Source: Marsupella aquatica (taxonomy: Eukaryota > Plantae > Marchantiophyta). Taken from it: 64,000 nt of DNA. The translations under genes were made by a program, and so were the position numbers. Positions within the stretch are counted from its first letter, which is position 1. The number at the start of each line of letters is the position of its first letter. Shown here piece by piece: positions 45,989-59,849 of this stretch. The DNA is taken from NCBI GenBank assembly GCA_973895155.1, contig OZ316891.1:32313208-32377207 (forward strand), written 5' to 3'. The notes under the pieces were generated by a model. The model was not told the origin of the DNA, made no database searches, and saw nothing but the letters and a program-made list of their open reading frames with translations.

Positions 45989-48900
45989 TCACTGCTTAGG
46001 CCTGCCCTTTCTTGCAGATCCCTCTGCATCTCTGCCTCGTTTGGGACCAGTACTTGGTCCTGGATTTTCTCTGGACCTACAGGCCTTAGCCAATTCGATG
46101 TGTAATTTGACATTGTTTTCCATTGTAGCATGGAAATCAACGTCTGTGTAATCACCTAACACCCTTGTGGACCTGGATTCTTTGTGGAGGATTGTTCTCC
46201 ATGCTATCCCCTTCTCATTGGGGTGGAAGAAAACCTGCTCCACTTGCTTTGGGAAAACGTAATCCATTTTCTTGGACACACCCAGTTCTCTATGGAAATT
46301 CACCTGCCAAAGACCAGACTTGGTATACCTCATACTGGCAGAGGATTTAGGAGTCCATGATGGATCTGCCCATTTCCCTTTGAAAAGAATCACCTCTTTC
46401 CTCAAGCTGCCATAATTCAGTACCAAGATATCTGTCAAGGCCCCTACATACTGTACAGATTCTTCTATGGTTGCACCAGACCTGTCCACTCGCTTCTCAG
46501 TGAATGTAGAAGCCATCCCAGAATCAAAAGTGCTGAAAGCACCAGAATCACAATCACTCAAACACCCCAAGGATGGAATAGTCCTCCAATGGTGCCCATA
46601 GGCTCTACATGCCCTATACAGTCGTGCCTTCAAACTAGGTGGTGTGGAGTATGCAGATAGTAATGACCGCTCAGACTCTTTCTCAAAATTATGGGTATTG
46701 ACTAATGTTTGAAACCATTCCCTGAAAGGTGGCAATTCTTGGCAGTCTACGGGAAATTCCACTGGTTTTCTTCGATTGGTAGGCTTCCTCATCCACTCCT
46801 TCCGGAAATCCACTCTTCGTTTGGTAACAGTCTCATTGGTAGCATCATATATCCTGCATGGCAACAACAACACTGAAGACATTAGTGCACGATCCACCAT
46901 GAATATACAAACACAATGGGGAAACATAATTATGATCCATATGCCTAAGGATAGGAGAGTTTCTAGGGTTTATGTACCTATACCATGGAGCCACTGTCTC
47001 TTCATTCTCTAATATATAATGATGCATGGCCATCATTTCAGACCAATCCAAAGTTATCGCCTTTGCAGCCCCTTCCAAAACAATGCCTGCAACGCCAGCA
47101 TCCTCCTCCAACTCCCAGGTTCGTTTTCCCTCTCCCTTTGCATCAATCATGTATTCAGAAAGAAATCCCAAAGACTCATCTAATACATAGCCTTCAGCCA
47201 TAGAAGCCTCTGGACGTGCCTTGTTTCGTACATAACCCTTCAATACCTTCAGGTTCCTCTCTATTGGGTACATCCATCTGCCTGTAACTGGGCCACACAA
47301 GTCTAATTCCTCCACTAGGTGAATCATTAAATGGGTCATGACATCAAAGAAGCTTGGTGGAAAATGGATTTCCAAAATGCAGAGAGTGAATGCAACATCC
47401 ATCATCAAATTCTCATACATTGAAGGGTCCCACACCTTCGTACAGATCTGGCGATAGATATTGCTCACCCCAGCTATGGCCAAGCGAACCCCTTCATCAA
47501 GTAATCCCATTGTTGCCAGAGGGAGAATCTGTTGCATGAGTTGGTGGAAATCATGTGATTTCAACCCAGAGAGTTTCTTGGATTTTGTAACACACTTTGC
47601 CAAAGAACTTGAAAAACCAGTGGGCCCTTTCAAGGTCAATAAAACCTCCAAGAACCTTGTTCTTTCCTTCTTGCTCAGGCAATATGGGGCTGGGGGCATC
47701 AACAATTTGTCATCCTTACGCTTGGGAGCTGGATTGGGTACAAGCCATAGGTGTTGGCGCACCTGTAAGAGCTTCATGTCTTCTCTCACAGAAGGAGTGT
47801 CCTTGGTCCCAATGATAGTGTGCACAATGTTGTGTGCAAGATTCTTCTCACAGTGCATGGGATCTAGACAATGGTTAATGAGTAGTTTCTGCAGTGGACA
47901 CACAATTCAGAAATTAGGGCATTGAATACAACTTTTGGCATCACTGGGCAGTAGTTTGTGCAGTGGACACAATTCAGAAATTAGTGCATTGAATACAACA
48001 ATTACAAAATCTGGGCTACAGGAAGTATATGAAGAGAATATATTTCAAAGTCATATGAAGAGATTGCAGAAATTCATTGTAGTAGTATGGAGTCTTACAT
48101 TCCAATAGGGCAACTTGTACAGACCAGTAGCCCTCTTCACTCCATGCACCTTTATGGGGCATTTCTCATCCTCAACCTTGGTTCCTCCCTTCTTCAAATA
48201 TTCTGTTGTCTCGTCTCCCCACTTCTTTCTATCAGAGCTTGTCATTCTACACGGTGCAGGTCGACTCTCAATTGCACCATCAAAGTATTGTGCACTATCT
48301 GGTCTACGAAAAAGATGCCTTGTTGCTAACCATCGACGGTGGCCACTGTACTCTAATTTCTGCAAGTGCTTAGAACCACGTGCCACACATTCTGGCCCAC
48401 AGATGACACATCCTTTGTATCCAGAGTGTTGTTGTCCAGATATTAAACCATATGCAGGGTAATCATTGATTGTCCACAATAGCACAGCCCTAAGGTTGAA
48501 GTGTTGAGACAATCCTGGGCGTGGCAATTTGTCAAAGCAGGGCACTCCTTTCTTCCACAACAGCTCCAACTCCTCATAGAATGGGCCCAATATTATGTCT
48601 AGCTGTTCCTCTGTTACTGAATCAGGTCCTGGAATCAGCATAGCTAGCATGACAAAGAACTTCTTGGTGGTAAGCCAAGGAGGTAAATTGTAATTCAACA
48701 ACAGTATTGGCCAGGTAGACCAAGCTGTGGAATTATTCCCAAAGGGATTCACCCCATCAAGTGCCAACCCAAATCGCACATTCCTTGGTTCAGCTGCAAA
48801 TTCCCGATCAATATTTGTATCCACATGCTTCCAAGCCTTTGAATCTGCTGCGTGCCGAACCATGTTGTCTGTGCTTCTATTCTCATGATGCCAAGTCATG

Positions 48901-49982
48901 AGTTTAGATGTACCAGCAGTGGCATACAATCTCTTCAACCTGGGAATTATAGGGAAATACCGCACTACCTTCCTTGCCTGTAATGAATTCCCCACTCTCT
49001 TCATCTTGGGCTGCTGACACACTGAACAGTTTTCTAACTTGGCATTCTCACCCCTAAAGAGCATACAACCTTTCTCACAGACAGGGATTCTCTCATAATC
49101 CAAGCCAAGCTTTCTCAATAGCTGCTTTGCAGCATATAAGTTCTTGGGCAGATTATGCTCTGTAGGCATACCATGCTCCCCCATCAAAGACAACAATGCA
49201 TTCACTCCTTTGTTTGAGAATCCATGGCCATGACAGATGTTCAGCAGAAGCAACATGAATGACACAACATCTATTTTGCTGCCTGGGAACAAAGGTTGCA
49301 TTGCTGCATCTAAAGATAACTGTGCAGGATCAGTCTCCACAGGAGTTTTGGAGGTTTCAAGGGGGTTTACAGGATGGGCACCTCCTTCACTCTCATCATC
49401 CCCAAGTACAAAATCCAAGTCAAAACGGTCCTGATCATCTAGCTCATGCTCAGGGGATTCTTCACTGGTTCTCAGCAACGTTTCTTCCAGTAGAGCCCTG
49501 ATATGTTCTTCGACATCTATAGTTGGATGTTCTTGAACATCCACAGTTGGATACTCTGGAACATCCACAGTTGGATACTCTGGAACATCTACAAATAAAT
49601 GTTCTTCAACATCTACAGTTGGCTGTTGTGCACAGGTTGCCTGCTGAAGGTTTGCTACCCTCAATGCCTCAGGGCCATGTTGTGACATGTAGTCAGCACC
49701 CCACTCTTCATCAGAAGAGTCCTGTCCCTCTCCCACCCACACTCGACATGCAGGGTACCGACCATGTTTAATAAGGTGCAGTCTAGCAGTATTCCGATTA
49801 GTCCTATAATTCCCTTTGCAGTTCACACAAGGGCAGTACATCTTATGGTCCCCACTCTTGTGGCAGGCCTTCTGTTCTCGAACCCACAAAGCATCATCAC
49901 GATGTTGTACTCTAGCTGGATGGAAGAGCGGCAACTTTGGAGTTCTACCCACACCTAACGTATTCTGTGGCAATTGTGCCAT
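45989..49982 (-). CDS. CACTA TnpD/Tnp2 transposase; predicted join(49982-48099, 47888-46978, 46853-45989), 1219 aa, no stops
   Basis: CPCVNC zinc region, RYFPIIPRLKRLY, HAADSKAW, LALDGVNPF, YNLPPW, WTINDYPAY, LDPMHCEKN, GLKSHDFH, FFDVMTHLMIHL, WMYPIER; GT-AG junctions keep the frame. Confidence 0.92.
49515..49625 (-). repeat. 24-bp coding tandem repeat (PTVDVPEY-like, ~4-5 copies) in Tnp2
   Basis: acatccacagttggatactctgga and variants. Confidence 0.8.
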
Positions 49983-50579
49983 GCTAGCTTGATTGAAATT
50001 GTATTCAAACTATGATTTTCAAACTGAATCAGAGTGACATGCATACAAAATTGGGCCTACCGTCACAGTTGTACAACCGATGCCAACCACAGTCCAATTG
50101 CTCAAACCCACAGAGCCCAGTTTCTCAAATCCACTGTAGTAGGGCACCTTCTCCTTGCATACAAATAGAGCATCACATACAGTGTCATCAGAATGATACT
50201 ATGAACGTAAATCTCTGTGCCTTCATCATTTCCAGTATTTGTTTGCCTATTAGGAATGTGAGCAGACAGGTCTGGAATAAGTAACGTTTGTGACACCAGT
50301 GACAAATTTACAAGTGAAGTTTAGACATCAATATGGAGGAAAGTCACACTCAAAGTACATGCTTGAAAATCAGAATCCTACCCTGGAAAAGATAATAAAG
50401 TTGATTTCTCAAAATTAATTGCCTCAATCCGCAATGCACTGTCGTAGAGTGTGTATACATGAGGAGTTCATCAAACTGCATATAAATAGTCCACATGTTT
50501 TAGCACTCTGAAAATTGTTTAAGTCCACGTGAAACCATCAAAAAGCTCTATCTCAAGTTTGTGTTCGATCCAGCCTCAA

Positions 50580-51239
50580 TCAAATCCAAGATATGTGGCT
50601 CCTAGCAGGAGTGCCTAGTGTAGGGTCAATGTCATGGTCAGGACAGTAAAACATCCCCTTCTTGGACTGCCCATGCGCTGAGTGATCCCAAATTGTTCGA
50701 TCATGGGCAAATCCCCTCTGCTGGATAAACAGCAGGCAGTCTTTGTGCCATGCCTTAGGACACCTCATGCACTGAACCAAAAAGCCATTAGCCCCATCAT
50801 TGGGCCCCTGTCCACAAGTAAGACAAATATGGAGTCCACATGATGCTGTGCCAGGAACCAAACACTGCCGACAGTAAAACCGGGCACAGAGAGAGTCTGG
50901 ACATTTTCTTACCTCTTCACCAATTTTTCCAGACACATGGCACTTAAAGCAAGAATGTTCCTCATTCTTGCAATCAACACAAAGCCATTCTCCAACATGG
51001 CCATCAGCGAGGGATATAGTTGGGCATAGCCATTGCTGACCCAAAGGACAGGAAACATTCTTATGGAAATGTCGGTGGCAAGGCCCATCACAAACAATGA
51101 GATCCCCTCCCTCATCACAAATCGCACATACATGTGGACTATTCTGGTTAATCTCAATGTCTGAATATAAGGACAATTGAGGTGCTTGAGAGGATTCACC
51201 TCTGCAACGATTCATGGCCTTCTGCTTATTGCGAGCCAT
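50580..51239 (-). CDS. EDM2/NSD-like multi-PHD-finger protein inside the CACTA (219 aa) with an H3-tail-like N-terminus
   Basis: ATG at 51239 after tgcag|gacc; MARNKQKA; CAICDEGGDLIVCDGPCHRHFH..WLCVDC, CFKC..C..CARFYCRQC, CGLHICLTC..CMRCPKAWHKDCL, FYCPDHDIDPTLGTPARSHI. Confidence 0.85.
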   Translation of the reverse strand: MARNKQKAMNRCRGESSQAPQLSLYSDIEINQNSPHVCAICDEGGDLIVCDGPCHRHFHKNVSCPLGQQWLCPTISLADGHVGEWLCVDCKNEEHSCFKCHVSGKIGEEVRKCPDSLCARFYCRQCLVPGTASCGLHICLTCGQGPNDGANGFLVQCMRCPKAWHKDCLLFIQQRGFAHDRTIWDHSAHGQSKKGMFYCPDHDIDPTLGTPARSHISWI

Positions 51240-53599
51240 GGTCCTGCACACTCAGACCCTACATCAGATTGTGAAACAAGAAGGAATAACAGGGTGCAGT
51301 ATGACACAAAAGAATGAGGGTGCAGCATAAAATATGACATGTAACCACAAGGGTGCAACATAAACCAATGCTTTATAGATGGCAAAGCATTTAGGACTGA
51401 GCAGCGCAAATAACCTTGGCCTAGATGATTGGAAGCAATCACAAATATTGCAACCTGTATGCCTTTGCTTGCTGTACAGCAGTGCTCACTCACCCTGCCT
51501 TTTTAAAATCTGTAAGGGCAACACAGAAAAAATAGCAATTGAGTTTCAGCAAAGCATTCATTTGGCTCTCAAGTTTTAAAATGGACAGAGCAAACACAAC
51601 AATGTGCACAACAAAGCACAGAGAGCAACAAAACTCCAGCAAACTGGGACTCAGGCAAGAGATACGAATTTTAGCAGCGAAATCAAATCAAGATTCGGAC
51701 CTGTGAGTTCAACATGCAGTGCTCACTCACCCTGCCCTTTTTTAAATCTGTAAAAATCAAGTTTTATTGTGTGCCTTCTACATCTTAAGCTGCTGCACAC
51801 ATCTGTTACAGAACCATAAGTTGCTTTACTCTCAACAAGCTGCTGGTCCACCCACTTTTTCAAAAGCTGCACCGTACTCTATCTTCGTGCACAAATGACT
51901 ATACCGGGCTGCTGTCAGAGACCCTTACGAAGGATTTAAAATTGACCAAGCTGATTTTAGTTTAGTTTTGTCCAGTTTGCAGACCAAAGGAAATCATGTG
52001 GCTGTATTCATGGAGTTGTATTCATTGCTGTGTATGGATGTTGTGTGAACATCAGACAGTTAGCTGTAAATTACCATAGTTGAAGAGCAAGGCTTGTACA
52101 AAAGCCACTAAGGAATTCTCTGAGGTGGCACAGCAGTTGGCAAACCACACACGAAACTCTGAAACTTTTTGGCGACAAAATTCTACAGAGTCGCTGCTGG
52201 AATCAAGTGAGGATTCACCATACATGCTTGCACTTCTCTTCAGTAAAAAAAAGAGAAAAGAAAAGGGCTATGATACAGAGGGATGTCAAAAGAAGAGTAA
52301 GGAAACCAATTCATTGAGGAACATAGACAGACTAAGGAAAACATCATACAATGGAAAACTAAGGACTACATTGTAATAATAAGAGATCAAGCTCACCTTG
52401 CACCACAAACATTGTCAGACGACAACAAGACAACAAACTGAATTGAACATAGCAGACAAATCCAACAAGTAGCAATCAGAAATCAACAGCAGACAGACAA
52501 AGGACAACTTGGTCAGAACTCGGGCACTTGATTCAGTTGTGGTAAATAGCTGTTCAGGTTCTGGACAAGCAAGAGCAATACGTGAGCAGACTCCAGAAAA
52601 ATCATCTCTTGAGATTGAGGAGAAAGGCATTTCCCAGCCAGCTTACTTATGTCTTGAAAAATGTATCGGACATCGTGGACGCTGGGCCTCAGCTGCTGGC
52701 CGCAAGGGAAGATTTTGCCAAAACAAACAATAAAGCTCGAAGATAGTTAAATTTCTTAGGTCTTTCTAAATGGGGACTGAATTAGCAATTAGAACCAGTA
52801 AACCCTGATCTTGGGCAGGCAGAGAGAGAAGAGTCCGCGCCTAATACTTATGTCTACCCGAATTTTACTGGGACATATGAGCATTGGGATGCCATTGCAA
52901 AGCAGAATTTTGTAGCAGTGGAAGGAATCAACATAGATAGCAGTGGAAGGTCGCAGTGGAGCTAGCATGGTACAGGGAAGGAAATGCAGGCATTGTGCGA
53001 GAAAGTGCAATGGCTAGTTCTATGGGATTTCCTTCTCCAATCCATGACAGTGCCGACGACACGCACAACTGCTACAATCAGTGCGCGTCCAGGATGCTCC
53101 ATCGCATCACGTCAGGGAACTCAACATTCTAGACATTCGAAAACTGCATTCACATTTCTCTGCAAAGGGAACTCAACATTGTAGACATTCAAAAACTGGT
53201 GCAAAACTCAGGCACTTAGAGAGAGAGGGACAGAGAGAGAGCGAGAAAGAGAGAGCAAATAGTCTCTTAGCAATCGGAGCTTCTCTGTCATTGCCATAAG
53301 CATACTAGCAGACACTAAGCAACAGAACAAGAAGGCAACATTGGATTCATGGACTGACAGCACATTGGTAGCACATTGGCAAAAGCAAAGCAAAAATGCA
53401 GAATGAACAAATGGCCAGAAGGGGAAGAAGCGCAAAATTGCACAACTGACCTTCTCGCACCTCAGCCCAAACTCGCTCCCACAGATATAAGTTCTCGCAG
53501 CTCCTTGATGGAACCTCCTGTAGGTTCTCGCCGATTGCAACTCCTCACCCACAGCTTCTTGCCGATTGTAGCTTGCTGCTGATTGCAACTCGTCGCTGA

Positions 53600-53840
53600 T
53601 TTGCAGCTCGTCCTCCGCTCCTCACCCGCAGCTTATCGCCGATTGTAGGTCGTCCTCCGCTCCTCGCCCGCAGCTTATCGCTGATTGTAGGTCGTCCTCC
53701 GCTCCTCGCCCGCAGCTTATCGCCGATTGTAGGTCGTCCTCCGCTCCTCGCCCGCAGCTTATCGCCGATTGCAGCTCATCCTCCGCTCCTCACCCGCAGC
53801 TTATCGCCGATTGCAGCTCATCCTCCGCTCCTCACCCGCA
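53600..53840. repeat. 42-bp minisatellite, ~5.7 copies, GC-rich, in the CACTA 5' region
   Basis: Unit gcagcttatcgccgattgtaggtcgtcctccgctcctcgccc (starts at 53628, 53670, ...). Confidence 0.92.
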
Positions 53841-54404
53841 ACAATGACAAATGTAAAGAAGCTATTGCCTTGACCCTGCAATCGGGCACTCCAAAGCCCG
53901 AATGTCCTCCAAAGCGCAGGGTCCTCCAAAGAAGCTCCCAAGTCCTACCGAGGTGCTCTGCCGACCGCGCGCAACAAGCTCAAAAACAATTGTAGCCTGA
54001 ATGGCTTCGGGTCGGAGCTCCTCCTCTAAACCTTGCAAATGGTCACTAAAACAATGCCACGTCCAACGCTTCACTCAAACAATGCCTCACCCAATGCTTG
54101 CCCGAACAATGCCTCGCCCAACGCTTCGAAGGGTGTCGAAGCTTGGTGGAATGGAGCACAACGCTGCGCAACCCTAAGCCCTTGCAATGTGCACACAAAG
54201 GCATGCCAAGAAATGAGCACATCGAGCGTTGCCCTCTCGATGTTTTTTCAGGAAAAAGGGCTCCTGTTGGTACGCAAGAACACTTAGCGGGAAAAACCTA
54301 ATGCTAGACCCCTAAAGCCCGTAAAGGTAAGGTATTCTGTTGGATGGGGATGGTGGATATTGTGGGTCATTAATTAGGGTTATATTCTGACAATATCTCT
54401 CACA

Positions 54405-54595
54405 TGTCTGGACCCCCCATAAGGCCCTAGGGAAGTTGAGACTAGGTTAATAACAATGTAAACCCCCCCCCCATAAGGCCCTAGGGAAATACCAACTATA
54501 GAGGTTAATAACAAGGTCCGGACGCCCCCATAAGGCCCTAAGTAGGGAAGGCAAGGTTAATAACTCATAATGTCACGACCCCCCCCATAAGGTCA
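54405..54595. repeat. Four ~55-60-bp repeats with the core C5-9ATAAGGCCCTA
   Basis: cccccataagg at ~54414, ~54468, ~54525 and ~54582. Confidence 0.8.
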
Positions 54596-55099
54596 TGGCT
54601 GTTTGTGTAGGTGCCAACAAGAATGTTAAGGACCAATGTTATATATAAAAAATGATGCTAGCGATATAAAAGGTCCGATATATGCCCGCGATATAAACCC
54701 ATAACCCGCATGCATGAACACCATTTTGGACTACCTTATTGTCTCACCATATGATAGTGATACTCATCCAAATATTAGCATTTAATAGCTCTCCACTCCT
54801 GACTCAATTGAGAGAAACCCTCATTCATGACTCAAGCACAATTATAGGGTCCCTTACATGCTACATGACCACTACATATGAGGCTATGTTGTGTAAGAGT
54901 TTTTGAGAGCATTACACCAAAGCATTAATAAGTGAGCCTTCCCATGACTATATGACCTCCAATATGCCAACATTAATGGCTTCCAATATGACAGCGTGAG
55001 TGACCCCACGTTTAGTCCTCAGATTGAAGCACCATTTAATTCACAAATGACCCAATGAACTCCCTTGTACCTCCAAAGAGAACCCCCCAATAGCCTTTG

Positions 55100-58000
55100 T
55101 AAAGACCACATTTCCAGTCATTTGGTACTTCTGACCTCTAGTATGACAACCAAGATTACCCTAATTTGAGGTGTTTCCATTAATGACACACCATGAGGGA
55201 CCTCTCTAATGACCACATATGCAGTCAATTGCTCCAAATGACCTCTAACTGACTACCAAAATGACCCTTATTGTAGTCATTGACATTAATGACACACATT
55301 ATGTGAAAATGACCCAATGAAGAGTATACTACCTCTCGGAGTGCCCCTTTACAATTCCTTTGGAATTTAATAGAATATATCCAAAATCCAAATATTGGCA
55401 CAAACATGACATAGTTATATAGAAGGACATAGTCTTCCACTAGTATTGCACTATATACCTCTTGGAGAGACAAAAACAATTTTTGTATGCATGCCTTAGG
55501 ATGGTATGCATGCATGGTGACACTTTTGGCAAATCACTCCAAAGTTGTATGACTTGGGAGTGATTTCCCCAAGGTTGCATCATCCCTTAAGTAATTGCAA
55601 AAACATGGCTCCAAAGTGCTCATGGTGCAACTAGTGGTTGGAGAATAGTACGGTGGGTATAGTACCCCGCACCTTGTGGAGAGGTTGCCACCTTCATGTA
55701 GAGCCCCATGGCACACTAGGGCCACCTTAAGCTCCTAGACCCAAAAGGGTCATTTCTGATGGTACGTAATGACACCATGAGGGACCTCTATAATGACCCC
55801 ATATGGAGTCATTTGGCACAAATGACTTCCAAAAGGACTGCCAAAATGACCCTCACTGCAGTCTTTGGCATTAATGACACACTATTCCTCCAAAATGACC
55901 CAATGAAGATTACAACACCTACTCACAATGCCTTAAGTCTATTCATATGCAAAATGGAGTATTCCCCATCCAAACACCGGCACAAACATGACACAATTAC
56001 ATCACAAGATGACAACCTTCCATTGGTGTTGCGCTACTTCTTGGAGAGACAAAAAATGGCTCCATTTGCGCTTGGATACGGTGGTATGCATCCATGGTGA
56101 CACTTTTGGCAAATCACTCCAAAGTTGTATGACTTGGGAGTGATTTCCCCAAGGTGCATCATGCCTTAAGTAAATGCAAAAACATGTGTCCAAAGTGTTC
56201 ATGGCACAACTAGTGGTTGGACGATGATGAGTATAGTGTCCCGCACCTAGTGGAGGGGGTTCTCACCTCTATGTGGGGCCCCATGGCACTCTAGGGCCCA
56301 CCTCCAGCCCCTAGCCCCAAACTGGTCATTTGTGCTTCTGCTTAATGATTGCACAAGGGACCCCTCAAATGACCACAAATCCAGTCATTTGACTTATGTG
56401 ACAGCCCATATGACAGATTTAATGACCCTACTTGTAGTCATTGGTATTTATGACACCAATTTTTTCAGAAATGACTCAATGAAGATTACACTACCTTCTT
56501 GAGTGCCCCATCACTATTCATTTGCAAAATAGAATATTCCCCATCCAAACACCGGCACAAACATGACACAATTACATGGAACGACAACAGCCTTGCACTA
56601 CTTCTTGCAGAGACCAAAAAAATGGCTTCATTTCCTTTAGATAGGATGGTATGCATCAATGGTGACACTTTTGGCAAATCACTCCAAAGTCGTACGACTT
56701 GGGAGTGATTTCCCCAAGATTATATCATCCCTTAAGTAAACACAAAAACATGGCTCCAAACTGCTAATGGTGCAACTAGTGGTTGGAGAATAGTAATTAT
56801 AGTATTTGACACCTAGTGGAGGGGTTGCGAGCTCTATGTGGTGCCACATGGCACTCTAGGGCCCACCTCCAGCCCTTAGCTCCAAATTGGTCATTCATGC
56901 TTGTCTTCAATGACTGCACTAGAGACCCCTCAAATGACAACAAGTCCAGTCATTTGAATTATATGACATCCCATATGACCAATTCAATGACCCTACTTGT
57001 GGTCATTGACACTTATGACATGACTCTGTTAAAAAATGACCCAAAGAAGGTCCTAGCACCGCCAGAGAGAGCCCGCTCTACATTCCTTGCAAAAATGGAA
57101 TAATCGTATACCTTTAAACATCAGACACATCATAGAGGGAAGCACCACTACCACACCCATTCCATTGGTGTTGCGCTACCTCTTGGAGAGACAAAAAAGG
57201 GCTTCATTTGCGTTTGGAATAGTGGTATGCATCCATGGTGACACTTTTGGCAAATCACTCCAAAGTCATACGACTTGGGAGTGATTTCCCCAAAGGTGCA
57301 TCATGCCTTAAGTAAACGCAAAAACATGTGTCCAAGGTGTTTATGTCGCAACTAGTGGTTGGACAATGATGAGTATAGTGTCCCGCACGCAATGGAGGGG
57401 TTCTCACCTCTATGTGGGGTCACATGGCACTCTAGGGCCCACCTCCAGCCCCTAGCCCCAAACTGGTCATTTGTGCTTTTCCTTAATGACTGCATAAGGG
57501 ACCCCTCAAATGACCACAAATCCAGTCATTAGACTGATATGACTTTCCATATGACAGTTTTAATGACCCTGCTTTTAGTCATTGATATTTATGACGGTCC
57601 ATTGCTCACATATGACCCAATAAAGGCCCTGGTACCTCCAAAGAGAGCCCGCTTTAGATTCCTTGCAAGGTTGGAATATTCCTCTTCCCTAAACCCGCAC
57701 CCACACCATACAGGGAAGCACGACTCCCCTGCCCATTCCATTGGTGCAGCACCACCTCTTGGAGAACCCAAAAACAACTTTTATTTGCCTTTGTATGTGA
57801 TGGTGTGCATGCATGGCAACACTTTTGGCAAATCACTCCAAAGTCGTACGACTTGGGAGTGATTTCCCCAAAGGTGCATCATGCCTTAAGGAAACACAAA
57901 AACTTGTGTCCAAGGTGTTTATGTCGCAACTAGTGGTTGGACAATGATGAGTATAGTGTCCCGCACCTAGTGGAGGGGTTCTCACCTCTATGTGGGGCCC

Positions 58001-59770
58001 ATGGCACTCTAGGGCCCACCTCAAGCCCCTAGCCCCAAAATGGTCATTTGTGCTTTTCCTTAATGACTACATAAGGGACCCCTCAAATGACCACAAATCC
58101 AGTCATTAGACTGATATGACTCTCCATATGACAATTTTAATGACCCTACTTTTAGTCATTGGCATTTATGACGGGCCATTGCTCACATATGACCCAATAA
58201 AGGCCCTAGTACCTCCAAAGAGAGCCAGCTTTAGATTCCTTGCAAGGTTGGAATATTCCTCTTCCCTAAATCTGCACCCACACCATACCCTAAAAGCATG
58301 ACTCCCCTGCCCATTCCATTTGGGCAGCACTACCTCTTGGAGAACCCAAAAACAACTTTTATTTGCCTTTGTATGTGATGGTGTGCATGCATGGCAACAC
58401 TTTTGGAAAATCACTCCAAAGTCGTACGACTTGGGAGTGATTTCCCCAAAGGTGCATCATGCCTTAAGGAAACACAAAAACATGTGTCCAAAGTGTTTAT
58501 GTCGCAACTAGTGGTTGGACAATGATGAGTATAGTGTCCCGCACCTCGTGGAGGGGTTCTCACCTCTATGTGGGGCCCCATGGCACTCTAGGGCGCACCT
58601 CCAGCCCCTAGCCCCAAACTGGTCATTTGTGCTTTTCCTTAATGACTGCATGAGGGACCCCTCAAATGACAATAATTCAGGTCATTCCACTTATATGACA
58701 TCCAATGTGACCATTTTAATGACCTTTCTTGTAGTAATTGGCATTTATGACGGGCCATTGCTCACATATGACCCAATAAAGGCCCTAGTACCTCCAAAGA
58801 GAGCCAGCTTTAGATTCCTTGCAAGGTTGGAATATTCCCAAACCCTAATCCCACAGCCACACCATGCTAAGAAGCACGACTCCCCTGCCCATTCCATTCG
58901 TGCAGCACTACCTCTTGGAGAACCAAAAAACAGGTTTTATTTGCCTTTGGATGTGATGGTATACATCCATGGTTGCACTTTTGGCAAATCACTCCAAAGT
59001 CGTACGACTTGGGAGTGATTTCCCCAAAGGTGCATCATGCCTTAAGGAAACACAAAAACATGTGCCCAAAGTGTTTATGTCGCAACTAGTGGTTGGACAA
59101 TGATGAGTATAGTGTCCCGCACCTAGTGGAGGGGTTCTCACCTCTATGTGGGGCCCATGGCACTCTAGGGCCCACCTCAAGCCCCTAGCCCCAAAATGGT
59201 CATTTGTGCTTTTCCTTAATGACTACATAAGGGACCCCTCAAATGACCACAAATCCAGTCATTAGACTGATATGACTCTCCATATGACAATTTTAATGAC
59301 CCTACTTTTAGTCATTGGCATTTATGACGGGCCATTGCTCACATATGACCCAATAAAGGCCCTAGTACCTCCAAAGAGAGCTAGCTTTAGATTCCTTGCA
59401 AGGTTGGAATATTCCTCTTCCCTAAACCTGCACCCACACCATACTGAGAATGCACCCACACCATACTGAGAAGCATTACTCCCCTGCCCATTCCATTGGG
59501 GCAGCACTACCTCTTGGAGAACCAAAAAACAACTTTTATTTGCCTTTGGATGTGATGGTATGCATGCATTTATTTGCAAATTAAAATATTCCCCGTCCAA
59601 ACACCGGCACAAACATGACACAATTACAACAAAGCATGACAACCTTCCATTGGTATTGCCCTACTTCTTGGAGAGACAAAAAGGTTTCATTTGCCCCATG
59701 GATACGATAGTATGCGCGCATCCATATATGATGACACTTCTGGAAAATCACTCCAAAGGTGTATGACTCT
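55100..59770. repeat. ~575-bp satellite-like tandem array, ~8 copies, inside the CACTA
   Basis: Anchor aaatcactccaaag at ~55531, 56111, 56676, 57252, 57830, 58408, 58986 and 59745; the units are rich in aatgac/gtcatt. Confidence 0.92.
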
Positions 59771-59849
59771 ACAATTATGATAGGTGTCTGGAATGACTAT
59801 TGAGTATTTTAATCTTCATATCTCTTGGGTTCTTTAATGACTCTATAAG

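Noticed and set aside
47880-48000. Duplicated ~50-bp segment at the Tnp2 intron 1 acceptor
   Set aside because: A simple local duplication; only the copy at 47889-47894 keeps the CAG acceptor in frame
51212-54301. Short ORFs in the CACTA 5' region
   Set aside because: No recognisable domains; the composition fits UTR and intron sequence
55225-59766. Recurrent 60-170 aa ORFs in the satellite
   Set aside because: By-products of the 575-bp repeat; frames are not conserved between units
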